Positions 1-9,832 of a stretch of DNA of 46,024 nucleotides are shown here, piece after piece (the stretch's first letter is position 1; the number at the start of each line of letters is the position of its first letter). The stretch comes from Pseudomonadota bacterium. GTDB taxonomy: Bacteria; Bdellovibrionota_B; Oligoflexia; Oligoflexales; CAIMVM01. A program made the position numbers and the translations under genes. Under the pieces are notes generated by a model. That model worked only from the letters and a program-made list of their open reading frames with translations. It did no database searches and was not told the origin of the DNA. The stretch covers positions 1 through 46,024 of the forward strand of contig JBAXBA010000024.1 of NCBI GenBank assembly GCA_037142195.1, in the 5' to 3' direction.

Positions 1-852
1 AACAGTTAGTCGAAAACTTATGCAATCTTGATCATTCGTCTTGTAACTACCTGTAATCACCAGGGTGCCGATTGGGGCAAAACTGGATAGAAACGGATCA
101 GATAACCAGCTTCTCTCATTTGATATTCTAGAAACCATCCATGTTTTTTCTTCAAGCCTTTACGGGAAGAAGATCTCAAAAGAACATAAAAAAATACTTG
201 ACAGCAAAAAAATACATTTGTATGGTCTCTGTCAGCTGCAGTTTTCAACCGAATTTTTTATGTCAAGCTACCAATCGAGCCAGTATAAAAGTATTGCAAC
301 CTAAGATCTAAACGCTTGTGAAATGCTTAAAAACCACAAGTTTTCATGGGCGAAAGCAGATCTGGATTTGAAATTTGCTCTTCTTACTGACTAATAAAAT
401 GGAGGATTTCAATTGATAGAAACTTAAATGCATCATGGGATTTAATAAATTTAGTAAAAATAGGGCCAGCTAGGTCCGAATTGAAGCCCAGGGAGATGAC
501 AGCTCTGGATCTTTGGAGTTTTTCCAAGGGCCTAACTAGCATCGATGAAGTGGGAAATGAACTGCAAGCTTGCATGCGCAAGATTGCGTAAGTTTCATGT
601 AGCGGGACACCTATGGGTTTGACAAATTTAGCTATTGTGGAAAGGCGGCTCACTCCCGCTGGTAAACCTATTAACGGCATGGGAACTTTAGTTTCGCCTA
701 AGTTTGCTATTGGGTTCCGTTGCGCCTTTGTTCCTTGATATGTAGTTTAATGCCCCAGTCCTATGGGCAGTTTGGATTTTTTGCTTATGGTTATTTTGTA
801 TAGATCGCTATTGATATTTGCAGGTTAGTTTTAGTTTTTGGAATCTTTTTAG

Positions 853-1250
853 GCGTGCCGAATCTTTTTATCGCGCTTTTGTTGTGGGTCTCCTAGTCAA
901 CTTAGAAAGCACCCACCTGGTTCTTAGCAATCGCGAGAGCGGCTATGGCCGATACGATGTTATGCTGACTCCTAAAAATCCCCACTCGCCACGCGGGTGT
1001 GGTGGTGGAATTTAAAACTGTTAGCAAAAAGCAAACTCCCGAAGAGGCCCTTGCCGCAGCACGCGCACAGATCTTGGAAAAAAAATATGTTGTCGAACTT
1101 GAGGCGCATTGCTGCAAACGCATCAGCCAATGGGCCATTGCATTTCGGGGCAAAGAAGTATTCTAAAGCATTTCGCAAAACTGATTGTGAGCCAGCGGGC
1201 GTCGGGCTCCTTACACCTCCGATCGCTGTTTTCTAATTTGGATTTCGAAT
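853..1250 (+). pseudogene. Truncated, frameshifted duplicate of the 3' end (PD-(D/E)XK nuclease domain and downstream UTR) of the AAA-ATPase/nuclease gene at 1704..3401
   Basis: About 400 bp is near-identical to 3078..3470 (gccgaatctttttatc...cagcgggcgtcggg). ORF 818..1015 translates as ESFYRAFVVGLLVNLESTHLVLSNRESGYGRYDVMLTPKN and then goes out of frame. A 1-nt insertion (aaaaatcccc versus aaaaacccc) lies relative to the intact copy. The remainder (EFKTVSKKQTPEEALAAARAQILEKKYVVELEAH) is readable in another frame. Similarity has a sharp left boundary near 853. Confidence 0.7.
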
Positions 1251-1270
1251 TCAATTTCAATTTCAATTTC
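1245..1270. repeat. Hexanucleotide microsatellite (tcaatt)n, about 4 units including a degenerate first unit tcgaat
   Basis: ttcgaattcaatttcaatttcaatttcag is read directly; it sits just after the duplicated gene fragment. Confidence 0.6.
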
Positions 1271-1703
1271 AGTGTTCTTCCTCGTGAGCTTGCCTGATTT
1301 AACAGACTTCAAAATTCAAAATCATGGCTGGTGTCTAGTAAAGTCGAGTGAAATTGCTTGCTCTCGACGTTACTATTTTGCTACAGAGACTGCCCTATAT
1401 AGATAATTTCACTCATGAACCATTTAGCAGGGCGGTCATAGAACTTGCAAGAAAGAGAATTTAGAAAACAGTTTCATCTGCCTCCAATGGTCATTGGCTT
1501 CATGGGAGGGCAGCCTTTTCTATTTGAGTAAGAATAGAGCCGTAATGGGACTTAATCCACATAAATCAGCGACTTATATCAAATTGAATTTTTGGGGTAT
1601 TCCAGGCCAAGCATGGGTTGCGCCTACGCCTTGGTTGAGCCATAATAAATCGATTAGTTAATAGATCGACCGCAATAATAGCAACAGTTCGGCGGGGGAA
1701 ATA

Positions 1704-3401
1704 GTGAACGCACCAAGGATGCCCATTGGAGTTTCGAGTTTTGAAATGTTGCGTGAGGGAGGCTATTATTATATCGACAAAAGCAATTTTGTAGCTGAAA
1801 TTGCCGAGTCCGTGTCAGCAATTCTACTTCTTCCTCGTCCAAGGCGCTTTGGCAAAACCCTCAACATGACGATGCTACAAGCGTGGTATGAGTGTAGGCC
1901 CGACGGTAGCAACGCCACAGATTTGTTCCAAGGGCTCCGTGCCGAGACCACCGAAGGACGGCATCAACCGCACAAGGGCAAGCTGCCGGTTATTTTTCTC
2001 ACGTTTAAAGATATCAAAAAAGCGAGTTGGGAGGCCACTCGGAGTGAAGTTGCGATAGTTGTCGCAGCAGAGATTCGTCGCCTCTCGCCTTGGTTTCAAA
2101 GAGCCAACCTTCATGCAAACTCTTTAGCCGATCTGAACGCGCTGAGTTTGGGCGATACTACGACCCCACTTTTGAACCAATCACTCAAACTCCTCACCGA
2201 AGCTCTTCATCTGGCCTCGGGTCAGCGCCCGTTGTTGCTCATTGACGAGTACGACGCCCCCATTCACTCGGCAATAGCCCATGGATTTTTCAATGAAGCG
2301 GTCGAGTTTTTTCGGGATTTTCTTTCAGCAGGACTCAAAGACAATAGCCATATTTGGAAGGGTGTCCTTACTGGGATCCTGCGCGTAAGCAAAGAAAATA
2401 TTTTTTCGGGACTGAATAATGTCACGGTTTATTCACTTGCGGACAGACGTTTTGAAACATGTTTTGGTTTATTGGAAAGTGAAGTGGAAACTTTACTTCG
2501 CGATAGCGGCGTTTCTTACTCAATGGATGAGGTGCGCAGTTGGTACAACGGCTATTTGTTTGGGCGTCAAACAATTTATAACCCATGGAGCGTTATTCGG
2601 TACGCATCAGAGCCCGAAGCTGGCCTTCTTCCCCACTGGGTGAACACCGCCAGTAACGATATTGTCGGCCTCGCCATTTCTAATTCCGACAATATTTTGC
2701 GCGCCGAGCTTGAAGATCTTTTGGCGGGGACCGAGATTGAAAAAGAAATAGACAGCTACATCACCTTTGAATCAAACAGTTTTCGACCCACCGATGTTTG
2801 GAGTTTTTTACTATTCACGGGCTACTTAAAACTGAATCGCCCCATAGAAAATCGCGAGGGAAAACTTTGGGGATTCTTGTCTATTCCTAATCGTGAGGTA
2901 CGCGTAGCCTTTACACAGCTCGTCGAAAAATGGTGCCGCAGTAAATTCTCCTCCAGCGAAAATCTTGCTGTCATGCTTTCTGCTTTTCTCGATGGAAATG
3001 AAGAAGTTTTTGAACGACATTTTTCACGAATGGTCCGTGACACACTGAGTTTTCATGATGTTTACGAAGAACATGCCGAATCTTTTTATCACGCTTTTGT
3101 TGTGGGTCTCCTGGTCAATTTAGAAAGCACACACATGGTTCGTAGCAATCGCGAGAGCGGCTATGGCCGATACGATGTTATGCTGATTCCTAAAAACCCC
3201 AGTCGCCACGCGGGTGTGGTGGTGGAATTTAAAACAGTGAGCAAAAAGCAAACTCCCGAAGAGGCCCTTGCGGCAGCACGCGCACAGATCTTGGAAAAAA
3301 AATATGTTGTCGAACTTGAGGCGCATGGCTGCAAACGCATCAGCCAATGGGCCATTGCATTTCGGGGCAAAGAAGTATTCTTAAGCGTTTCGCAAAACTG
3401 A
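1704..3401 (+). CDS. AAA-ATPase-like protein with C-terminal PD-(D/E)XK nuclease domain (AAA-ATPase_like/PDDEXK_9-type family)
   Basis: The N-terminus MPIGVSSFEMLREGGYYYIDKSNF...LPRPRRFGKTLNMTML matches the family signature RPRRFGK(S/T)L. The C-terminus ESFYHAFVVGLLVNLE...ESGYGRYDVMLIPKN...VVEFK looks like a PD-(D/E)XK core (D...E.K). The true start may be the ATG at 1719 (MPIGV). Confidence 0.75.
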   Translation: MNAPRMPIGVSSFEMLREGGYYYIDKSNFVAEIAESVSAILLLPRPRRFGKTLNMTMLQAWYECRPDGSNATDLFQGLRAETTEGRHQPHKGKLPVIFLTFKDIKKASWEATRSEVAIVVAAEIRRLSPWFQRANLHANSLADLNALSLGDTTTPLLNQSLKLLTEALHLASGQRPLLLIDEYDAPIHSAIAHGFFNEAVEFFRDFLSAGLKDNSHIWKGVLTGILRVSKENIFSGLNNVTVYSLADRRFETCFGLLESEVETLLRDSGVSYSMDEVRSWYNGYLFGRQTIYNPWSVIRYASEPEAGLLPHWVNTASNDIVGLAISNSDNILRAELEDLLAGTEIEKEIDSYITFESNSFRPTDVWSFLLFTGYLKLNRPIENREGKLWGFLSIPNREVRVAFTQLVEKWCRSKFSSSENLAVMLSAFLDGNEEVFERHFSRMVRDTLSFHDVYEEHAESFYHAFVVGLLVNLESTHMVRSNRESGYGRYDVMLIPKNPSRHAGVVVEFKTVSKKQTPEEALAAARAQILEKKYVVELEAHGCKRISQWAIAFRGKEVFLSVSQN

Positions 3402-3515
3402 TTGTGAGCCAGCGGGCGTCGGGAGCCTTACCCTAAAATCTCTTGCTGTTTTATTCATTTCGATTATCTTCCTGATGCATTTACCTGACTTAACGGATTT
3501 TAGCAGCAGGGTGGC

Positions 3516-6500
3516 CTAGAGGCTTGATTCAGCTGCAGCTCTCCTAGGTTTGGAAACTCTTAGCAAGTCTAAAAGTCCTTCTAAATTTCCAGTAGCTTCC
3601 GCGGTAAAGTCGTCGGACAGAGTTCTTTTTTGCTCATGCAAGGCGAGAATTCGCTCCTCGATACTTCCTTCGGTAACGATTCTATAAACGGTTACAGGCT
3701 TGGTTTGACCCATGCGCCAGGCTCGATCACTAGCCTGGTTTTCCACCGCTGGATTCCACCACGGATCCAAGTGGATCACAAAGTCAGCTTCTGTGAGATT
3801 AAGGCCGGTGCCACCTGCTTTTAACGATATGAAGAAGACGCTGTGGGCTCCTTTTTGAAATCTTTCTACCAAAGATTTTCTTTCATCAATGGGGGTCGCA
3901 CCATCCAAGTAAAAAGAGGGAATATCTACTTTTTCAAGAGCATTACGCATCAAGGTTAAAAATCGCGTGAACTGGCTGAAGACCAAAACCTTATGGTTGG
4001 CTTCCAGGATTCTTAATACGGTTGCTACAAAGAGTTCTTCTTTGGCTGAAGGTTCTGGCCATTCCGGGTTTAGAAGAATGGGATGGCAAGCTACTTGTCT
4101 CAGGGTTTGAAGGGAAGCTAAGACTTCAAAACGCAGTTTTTCTTTTTGGGAAGGGTCGCTTAACTTAGACTGGATACGGTCTTGAGCTTCTAAGCGACAG
4201 GCTTCGTAGAAATTCTTTTCTGAGATACTGGGAACGGCGTAAAGGTTTTTTTCGATTTTGGGCGGAAGTTCCGTGAGATAGTCTTTCTTTAAGCGACGCA
4301 GCATAAATGGTGCGATTCTTTTTTTAAGTTTGAGTCTAGCTTTCTCCGATTGATGCTTCATGATCGGAATTTCAAATTGATGTTTAAACTCATCTCGACT
4401 GCCTAAAACCCCTAGACAAGCAGCGGAAAGGATGGCCCAAAGCTCTTCAAGCTTATTTTCAATGGGGGTTCCAGAAAGGGCGACTTTCCATTTTGCGGGA
4501 ATCTGAGCGAGGGACTTCCAGTTTTGCGTGGCAGGATTTTTTAGGTTTTGGGCCTCGTCGATGACAAGGACATTCCAAAACTGTTTTTGAAAGAGATCTC
4601 GGTCCCGCTGCAAAGTGCCGTAAGACGTTAAAAGAACATCCGAAGGCTTAGCTAAAAAAGAGTCGTCTTTTCGTTCCGCACCGGACCAAATTTTTACTTG
4701 AAGCTCAGGGGCAAAACGCCTTAGCTCCGTCTCCCAATTGTGCATCAAAGACACGGGAGAGATGACCAGGGATGGGCCAAAGGACTTGTTCTTTAAAATC
4801 ACAGCGATGGTTTGAAGGGTTTTTCCTAGTCCCATGTCATCGGCTAGGCATCCACCAAATCCTCGGTGATAAAGGGTTTGAAGCCACTCAAATCCTGTGA
4901 TTTGATAGGGCCTCAAGGTGGCATTCAAGGTTAAAGGCAAGGTGAGATCTACAGCACTTGCCACTCTGGTTTTGAGGGATTCAAATTTTTCAGAAGATCT
5001 CCGGATTTCAAAGGCCTCCTTTAAACTGGCGAGCTCCCAAGCAGCAGCGGTGCTGAGATCCATGGACTCTTCGCTTAAAAGTTCTCTGAGCCTTTCAGCT
5101 CTGAGTTTAAGCTCGTTGGAAATCTTTACCCAAGCACCGTTAGGGAGTTCTATAAAACGCTTTTCTTTTCTAAGGGCATGAATCAAATCTTTAAGGGCGA
5201 TGACCTCAGAGCCAATGACCACATCCCCTGAGGCCTCAAACCAAAGGTTTTTATCGGCGATGGTAAGGCTTACCTTGGCAGGCTCTTCTGGCTCGACTAT
5301 TTTGGGGACCGTGCCGCTTTTAGGCCATTCCATGGGAGTCTGTCTTGCGTTCAAGTCTTTGATGCAGTCTAAAATATCGTCATGAGATTCCGTGAGGAAC
5401 CTAGCCCCACTACCTCTGAGCCTTTTTAGGAAGGAAGCTCTGATCAGCTCTTCTGCAAGATGAGTTTCCTCGTCAAAATCTCTTTTCTGAAGGCATGGTT
5501 CCTTTTGTCTCACATCAATCACAACTTCAGGTCCGGTGCCCGGAATAAAAGAGGACCCACCCCCAGGACGCACCAAAATTTCGATAAGCCAAGACGTGTC
5601 TCCAAGAGGGCTAAACCTGACCCTAGGACGAGAATCTGAGGGAAGATCGGATCCTTTTGCTAAAGACGCTTCCGCCGTAATAGGAATTTTGGCTTCTAAG
5701 TTCATGAGGTGGCGAAGAAGCCGGTCTTTGTCGAGAGCCGGAATACGCGGTTTTTTTTCTAGGATAGACTTATAGAACTCAGACTCTTTTTGGGTGAGCT
5801 TTTGAATATAGAGTACGGTTCCTGAGTGCCAAGCGATGCCGTCGACGGCGATCAAATAGTTATTTGAGATTTCCATTTGCTGAACACGAACAGAGGTTTC
5901 TAAAAACTCTTCCTCTTGACTGATGTGAAGTTCCACCTCAGTTTCTTTGATTTCAAGTCGACCTTGTCCTGGGACCTCTTTAAACTGCACATTTTTAAAA
6001 GCCAACACTTCTGAAATTCGCGTGATTTTAAACTCAGGTTTGTCTATTAATTGTCCGATGACTTTCCAGTCATTGGGGCCCGCCAGATCACTTCGTTTTT
6101 GTCGCAGAGTTTCAGGACTCAGTCGTCCTCCAGCGAACACCTCGACGGCAAAGGAGGGGGTAATATTCCACTCCAATTCCGACTGGCTCAATTCGGGTGC
6201 TGCTTCGTCATCAGCCTTTAAAGAGTCTAATAAAGCAAACAAGTCCTCATCCGTATCAGAAATCTTGATGTACTTGATGCTTTCTTTGGCGAGAGCATAC
6301 TGATGATGGCAGGTTTTTTCTTCAAGAAATGATTTTTCACCTAAGCACGAGCACCGCATAATCGTAAAGGAGTCAAAAAGGGGCAGGGTCAGCTTGGTGC
6401 GAATGGGGATCTCTTGCTCTAGAGTTTCACAAACGATTTCATCCCCTTCTATTTTTAATTTCGAAAGAGTGAGGCGTTGGGATTTTGCAATGACATTTTT

Positions 6501-6608
6501 TGGCCATGGGGTGTCGATGACAAATCGTTCCAAGAGTTTCAAAAACTTAGCATGAAACTCTGGCTCTAAATCAAACTCAAATTGAGGCTTAGATGAAACC
6601 TTGAACAT
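3516..6608 (-). CDS. SNF2-family DEAD/H-box helicase with N-terminal SWIM zinc finger
   Basis: SWIM-like CxC...CxH is read as MRCSCLGEKSFLEEKTCHH. The SNF2_N motifs are LRPYQITGFEWL, ADDMGLGKTLQTIA, VLVIDEAQNLKN and LSGTPIENKLEELW. The helicase C motifs are FSQFTRFL, GGTGLNLTEADFVIHLDPWWNPAVENQASDRAWRMGQTKPV. Length is 1030 aa. Confidence 0.85.
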   Translation of the reverse strand: MFKVSSKPQFEFDLEPEFHAKFLKLLERFVIDTPWPKNVIAKSQRLTLSKLKIEGDEIVCETLEQEIPIRTKLTLPLFDSFTIMRCSCLGEKSFLEEKTCHHQYALAKESIKYIKISDTDEDLFALLDSLKADDEAAPELSQSELEWNITPSFAVEVFAGGRLSPETLRQKRSDLAGPNDWKVIGQLIDKPEFKITRISEVLAFKNVQFKEVPGQGRLEIKETEVELHISQEEEFLETSVRVQQMEISNNYLIAVDGIAWHSGTVLYIQKLTQKESEFYKSILEKKPRIPALDKDRLLRHLMNLEAKIPITAEASLAKGSDLPSDSRPRVRFSPLGDTSWLIEILVRPGGGSSFIPGTGPEVVIDVRQKEPCLQKRDFDEETHLAEELIRASFLKRLRGSGARFLTESHDDILDCIKDLNARQTPMEWPKSGTVPKIVEPEEPAKVSLTIADKNLWFEASGDVVIGSEVIALKDLIHALRKEKRFIELPNGAWVKISNELKLRAERLRELLSEESMDLSTAAAWELASLKEAFEIRRSSEKFESLKTRVASAVDLTLPLTLNATLRPYQITGFEWLQTLYHRGFGGCLADDMGLGKTLQTIAVILKNKSFGPSLVISPVSLMHNWETELRRFAPELQVKIWSGAERKDDSFLAKPSDVLLTSYGTLQRDRDLFQKQFWNVLVIDEAQNLKNPATQNWKSLAQIPAKWKVALSGTPIENKLEELWAILSAACLGVLGSRDEFKHQFEIPIMKHQSEKARLKLKKRIAPFMLRRLKKDYLTELPPKIEKNLYAVPSISEKNFYEACRLEAQDRIQSKLSDPSQKEKLRFEVLASLQTLRQVACHPILLNPEWPEPSAKEELFVATVLRILEANHKVLVFSQFTRFLTLMRNALEKVDIPSFYLDGATPIDERKSLVERFQKGAHSVFFISLKAGGTGLNLTEADFVIHLDPWWNPAVENQASDRAWRMGQTKPVTVYRIVTEGSIEERILALHEQKRTLSDDFTAEATGNLEGLLDLLRVSKPRRAAAESSL

Positions 6609-6704
6609 AACGGGCCTTGCTTCATTTAGAAATGAGGAAGGTCAAACATTACCCCATCCCTCCTGTGGTGGCAAGAGCTGGCATAGGGCGCCCCATAAGA
6701 GCTA

Positions 6705-6729
6705 TTGTCGTGCGGGCCCCGCACGACAA
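6705..6729. repeat. Perfect 25-nt palindrome (10-bp stem / 5-nt loop hairpin) in the 0.7-kb non-coding region upstream of the SNF2 gene
   Basis: ttgtcgtgcggg c cccgcacgacaa; the arms are exact reverse complements. No T-run follows on either strand, so it is not a classic intrinsic terminator. Confidence 0.5.
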
Positions 6730-7325
6730 GATGTCTCGCTTTTCCGTTGCTTTCTAAACAAAAGCGCTCTTTTATAGCAAATTCATGGGATCTTGCCTCG
6801 CCTTGTTCAGAGCCATGGCAAGGCATCTCGGTGGTTTTTTCTGTGTAAAAATGACTTTTTCTTTTGAGCCGGGATTTCTCAATTCGTCTTTGAGGGTGTC
6901 CGCAGGTTTTTAAGGCGAACCGTGAGTCTAACGCAAGCGTGGTTATAGCTCTCAGCTGCAGTTTTTGGAATCTATGTCAAATCATAAACGCTGCAGGTAT
7001 TGAAGGTTTCAAAGGTCATAGATCTGAAAAGGTTCTAAACTTAAAAAGTTCCAAAAATCCCAAAAGTTCTTAGGGCCTTCAAAAGGATGGGACTTTAGTT
7101 CTCTGCACTTAAGAATTCGATAGATTCCAAGGCTTTCTCTCTTTCCAGATTCTGTCTTTATAGGACTGAGCGAGATCACACTCAAAAACTAAATCTACTT
7201 TGTAGGGGAAATTTTGAGACTCCCAGGTTTTGCGAAGGAAAGTCCCTATGTATTGTGGATACGAATGAGGCCTAGGTTGAGCCTCATCAGTATAAAGTTG
7301 GACTCTCAGCAGAGAGTTAGGTTAA

Positions 7326-7817
7326 TCAACAAAGCGGAGGAAGGATTTGGCAAACGCGGACATAGGCTTCCCAGTCCTCTGGGGACCAGACCCGTCGGGC
7401 CTCCCTTAAGTTAAATCGATTCATGACACCAAACATGTGAAAGAGAAAATGGAGGGCAAGTCGAGCGTCGTTGGGAAACACATGTCCCTCTTCAAGGAGG
7501 GCGATGGCCGTTACTCCGTCCAAGTCGGGATATTCAAAGAGACAAGGAAATTCGGCAGTTAAACGTGCAAAGGATTGGTTGGTATAGGGATCGTCTAAAA
7601 GTCCATTGATGGGCTCATCGGGAACAAACATCTTTTTTCGAAGGCGATCTGTGGATTTGACGAGATCTTCCACGATGGAGCAGACACTTTTAGCAAGAGA
7701 AAGTTCATCGGTACTACTCGCCTTCGCGACATCCATAATTCTTTGCATAAAGCGCTCAGAAAAGTCGTTGCCGGCTTGGCTTCGTGGGTGTCTATCAGGA
7801 AAAGGAATAACTGTCAT
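7326..7817 (-). CDS. Hypothetical protein (163 aa), no recognisable domain
   Basis: Clean ORF with ATG start; GGAAGG lies about 7 nt upstream on the minus strand. No motif recognised. Confidence 0.45.
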   Translation of the reverse strand: MTVIPFPDRHPRSQAGNDFSERFMQRIMDVAKASSTDELSLAKSVCSIVEDLVKSTDRLRKKMFVPDEPINGLLDDPYTNQSFARLTAEFPCLFEYPDLDGVTAIALLEEGHVFPNDARLALHFLFHMFGVMNRFNLREARRVWSPEDWEAYVRVCQILPPLC

Positions 7818-8140
7818 GGGTTCCTTCTAACTATGAAAACAAATCTTTAAACCTTGATCTTCCAATTTAGCCGTAAACTGGTGCCCGCTGGGGAATCAAA
7901 AAAGGGTTCAGGAGCGCGTCTTTAACTCATGAATATCTTTGATGCAAATGCGGGTGCTTAGGGCCATTTTCAGCCCTTTTCTGGGCTCTGTCGCGGAATC
8001 TAGTCGAGGAATTGCCAGATTGCAACTGTTCCTTGCCAGAAAAAAAGGGCATGGATAATATGTTCGGTTCAGCCTAAAATCGGCTCTTGCCAAAAACCGA
8101 TATTGTCTGCAATATCGGGAGTGTATAGGGAGATAGACAC

Positions 8141-8806
8141 ATGGCACCTGCCCTCGATTTTTTAAACTTACTTTTGGAATCCGAAGTTTTACGCTTTGGT
8201 TCGTTTCTGACCAAGTCGGGGCGCATGTCCCCTTATTTTTTCAATACCGGGAATATCGACAGTGGTTTTCGACTAGGTCGGGCAGCTGACCTCTATGCCC
8301 AGACCATTTTGGCAGAGTTTGGATCCCAGGTTACGAATCTGTTTGGTCCTGCCTATAAAGGAATTCCTCTTGCGGCAGTGATCAGCGATCGATTGGCGCA
8401 AAGAATGAATCGAGATGTGACCTTCACTTACAATCGCAAGGAAAAAAAAGACCACGGAGAGGGAGGCCAGATGGTAGGTCATCAGTACCAGGCCCATGAT
8501 CAGGTATTGATCGTAGAGGATGTCCTTACCGGCGGAACCTCGCTCAGGGAGACCATGCTTTTGCTAACGAGTCAGAAGGTCAATGTGATTGGGGCGCTGG
8601 TGGGAGTAGATCGCCAAGAAAAAGGCCTTTCAAATATGTCGGCACGGGCTGAAATCGAGCGAGACTTTCAAATTCCTGTACGCAGTATTCTCAGCATGGA
8701 TCAAGTTGTCGCGGCCCTTTATAATCAACCCGTACTTGGAAAGATTTGGATTGATGAACAGGCTTACAGCTCTATTTTAGAGTATCGCAAGCTGTTTTCA
8801 GTTTGA
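8141..8806 (+). CDS. pyrE: Orotate phosphoribosyltransferase
   Basis: LRFGSFLTKSGRMSPYFFNTG and VLIVEDVLTGGTSL (PRPP-binding loop) are typical PyrE motifs; length 221 aa. Confidence 0.9.
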   Translation: MAPALDFLNLLLESEVLRFGSFLTKSGRMSPYFFNTGNIDSGFRLGRAADLYAQTILAEFGSQVTNLFGPAYKGIPLAAVISDRLAQRMNRDVTFTYNRKEKKDHGEGGQMVGHQYQAHDQVLIVEDVLTGGTSLRETMLLLTSQKVNVIGALVGVDRQEKGLSNMSARAEIERDFQIPVRSILSMDQVVAALYNQPVLGKIWIDEQAYSSILEYRKLFSV

Positions 8807-9589
8807 ATCTCCGTTAGCAAACCAGCCCTCGCCCCAGGTCATTTCAGAAAGGGTTTTTTGCCCTTCGATACTGGGGTGGAAGCAGTCAATTCTGGAAACA
8901 TCCTTGGATAGAAAGATGCGGTCGCCTGATTTAGAGGAGAATTTAACATTTTCTGGATGGTCATCGGCAAACTGACTCAGCATCTGGTTGTAAGATCTCC
9001 ATCGCTCAAGGCCCTTGTTTTTCTCCTGGATATTGCCGGCCATAAACGAGCCACAGATATTAAAGGCTTTCCATCGGCTCACACATTGAGCGTCACTTTT
9101 TAGAAGTTCATTGAGATAGAGAAGATTGGGGACAGCAGCGACAAGAACTTTGACCTGCGGATTAGCTTTTTTGAGCAGGGAAAGACTATCTTCTAAGGTC
9201 TTCTTGCCAAGGGCAGCAAGTTCTCCCGGTGTTTTTGATCCGCCGCAGACATCGTTAGCGCCGATGAGGTAAGTGACATAGTCGGGGGCGAAGTTGTCAC
9301 TCACGAGCTTTTGGGTTTGAGCTGCTATGTCTTCGATCTTGGCGCCGCTTTTAGATGCATTTTTTACCACGACATTTGAGCCCAGTTGGTTCTTTATGCG
9401 CACGGCATGGCTCTCAATGGATGTGCCAGCCGACCAGCTTTTGTCTCTTTGATCTAGGGGTCCTCCAGCATTAAAGCCAGCAGAAATAGAATCTCCCAAT
9501 GAGCCGAGGTAGAATGTGGGCAATTCCTCGGCAGCAGCTGCTGAATAGAAACTGATCACGAAACTAAAAGGCAGGGCAGATTTCCACAT
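8798..9589 (-). CDS. Secreted SGNH/GDSL-family hydrolase (lipase/esterase)
   Basis: GDSISAGF (block I) and the C-terminal DCFHPS (DxxH block V) are present. Start is set at MWKSALPFSFVISFYSAAAA (signal peptide, ATG 9589) with GGAGG 8 nt upstream. The 52-aa N-terminal extension of the track ORF is rejected. The 3' end overlaps the pyrE 3' end by 9 bp (convergent). Confidence 0.8.
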   Translation of the reverse strand: MWKSALPFSFVISFYSAAAAEELPTFYLGSLGDSISAGFNAGGPLDQRDKSWSAGTSIESHAVRIKNQLGSNVVVKNASKSGAKIEDIAAQTQKLVSDNFAPDYVTYLIGANDVCGGSKTPGELAALGKKTLEDSLSLLKKANPQVKVLVAAVPNLLYLNELLKSDAQCVSRWKAFNICGSFMAGNIQEKNKGLERWRSYNQMLSQFADDHPENVKFSSKSGDRIFLSKDVSRIDCFHPSIEGQKTLSEMTWGEGWFANGDSN

Positions 9590-9832
9590 AGTTAGGTCCT
9601 CCAATTTTCCTAGGGATTCGGAAATTACTCCTAGAGCTTTAGAAGGCTTTCTTATTTGGATTCTTATACGAATTGGGGTATAGTGGGGCCCGGCAAGAGA
9701 CTGCAGCACAAACAGGGTTATTTTGTGTTTTTGCCAAATGGGCATTTATGTCCTATTCGGTCGTCTTAAGTTTGGAATCGAAAATGAATTTAAGGACCAA
9801 TAATTTATTTGGTTTTGTCATTGAGGTAAGGT

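Noticed and set aside
384-680. 98-aa minus-strand ORF in the 5' gene-poor region
   Set aside because: No recognisable domain, no convincing RBS, and it lies in a region that otherwise looks decayed. Possibly a gene remnant.
3630-6303. Several 60-118-aa plus-strand ORFs (e.g. 4918..5181, 5947..6303) inside the SNF2 helicase gene
   Set aside because: Antisense shadow ORFs within a well-supported 1030-aa gene; Ser/Leu-rich translations typical of non-coding frames.
8798-9745. Long track ORF (315 aa) for the SGNH hydrolase starting MPIWQKHKITLF
   Set aside because: The first 52 residues precede a clear signal peptide (MWKSALPFSF...) that has its own GGAGG RBS. The shorter start at 9589 is far more plausible.
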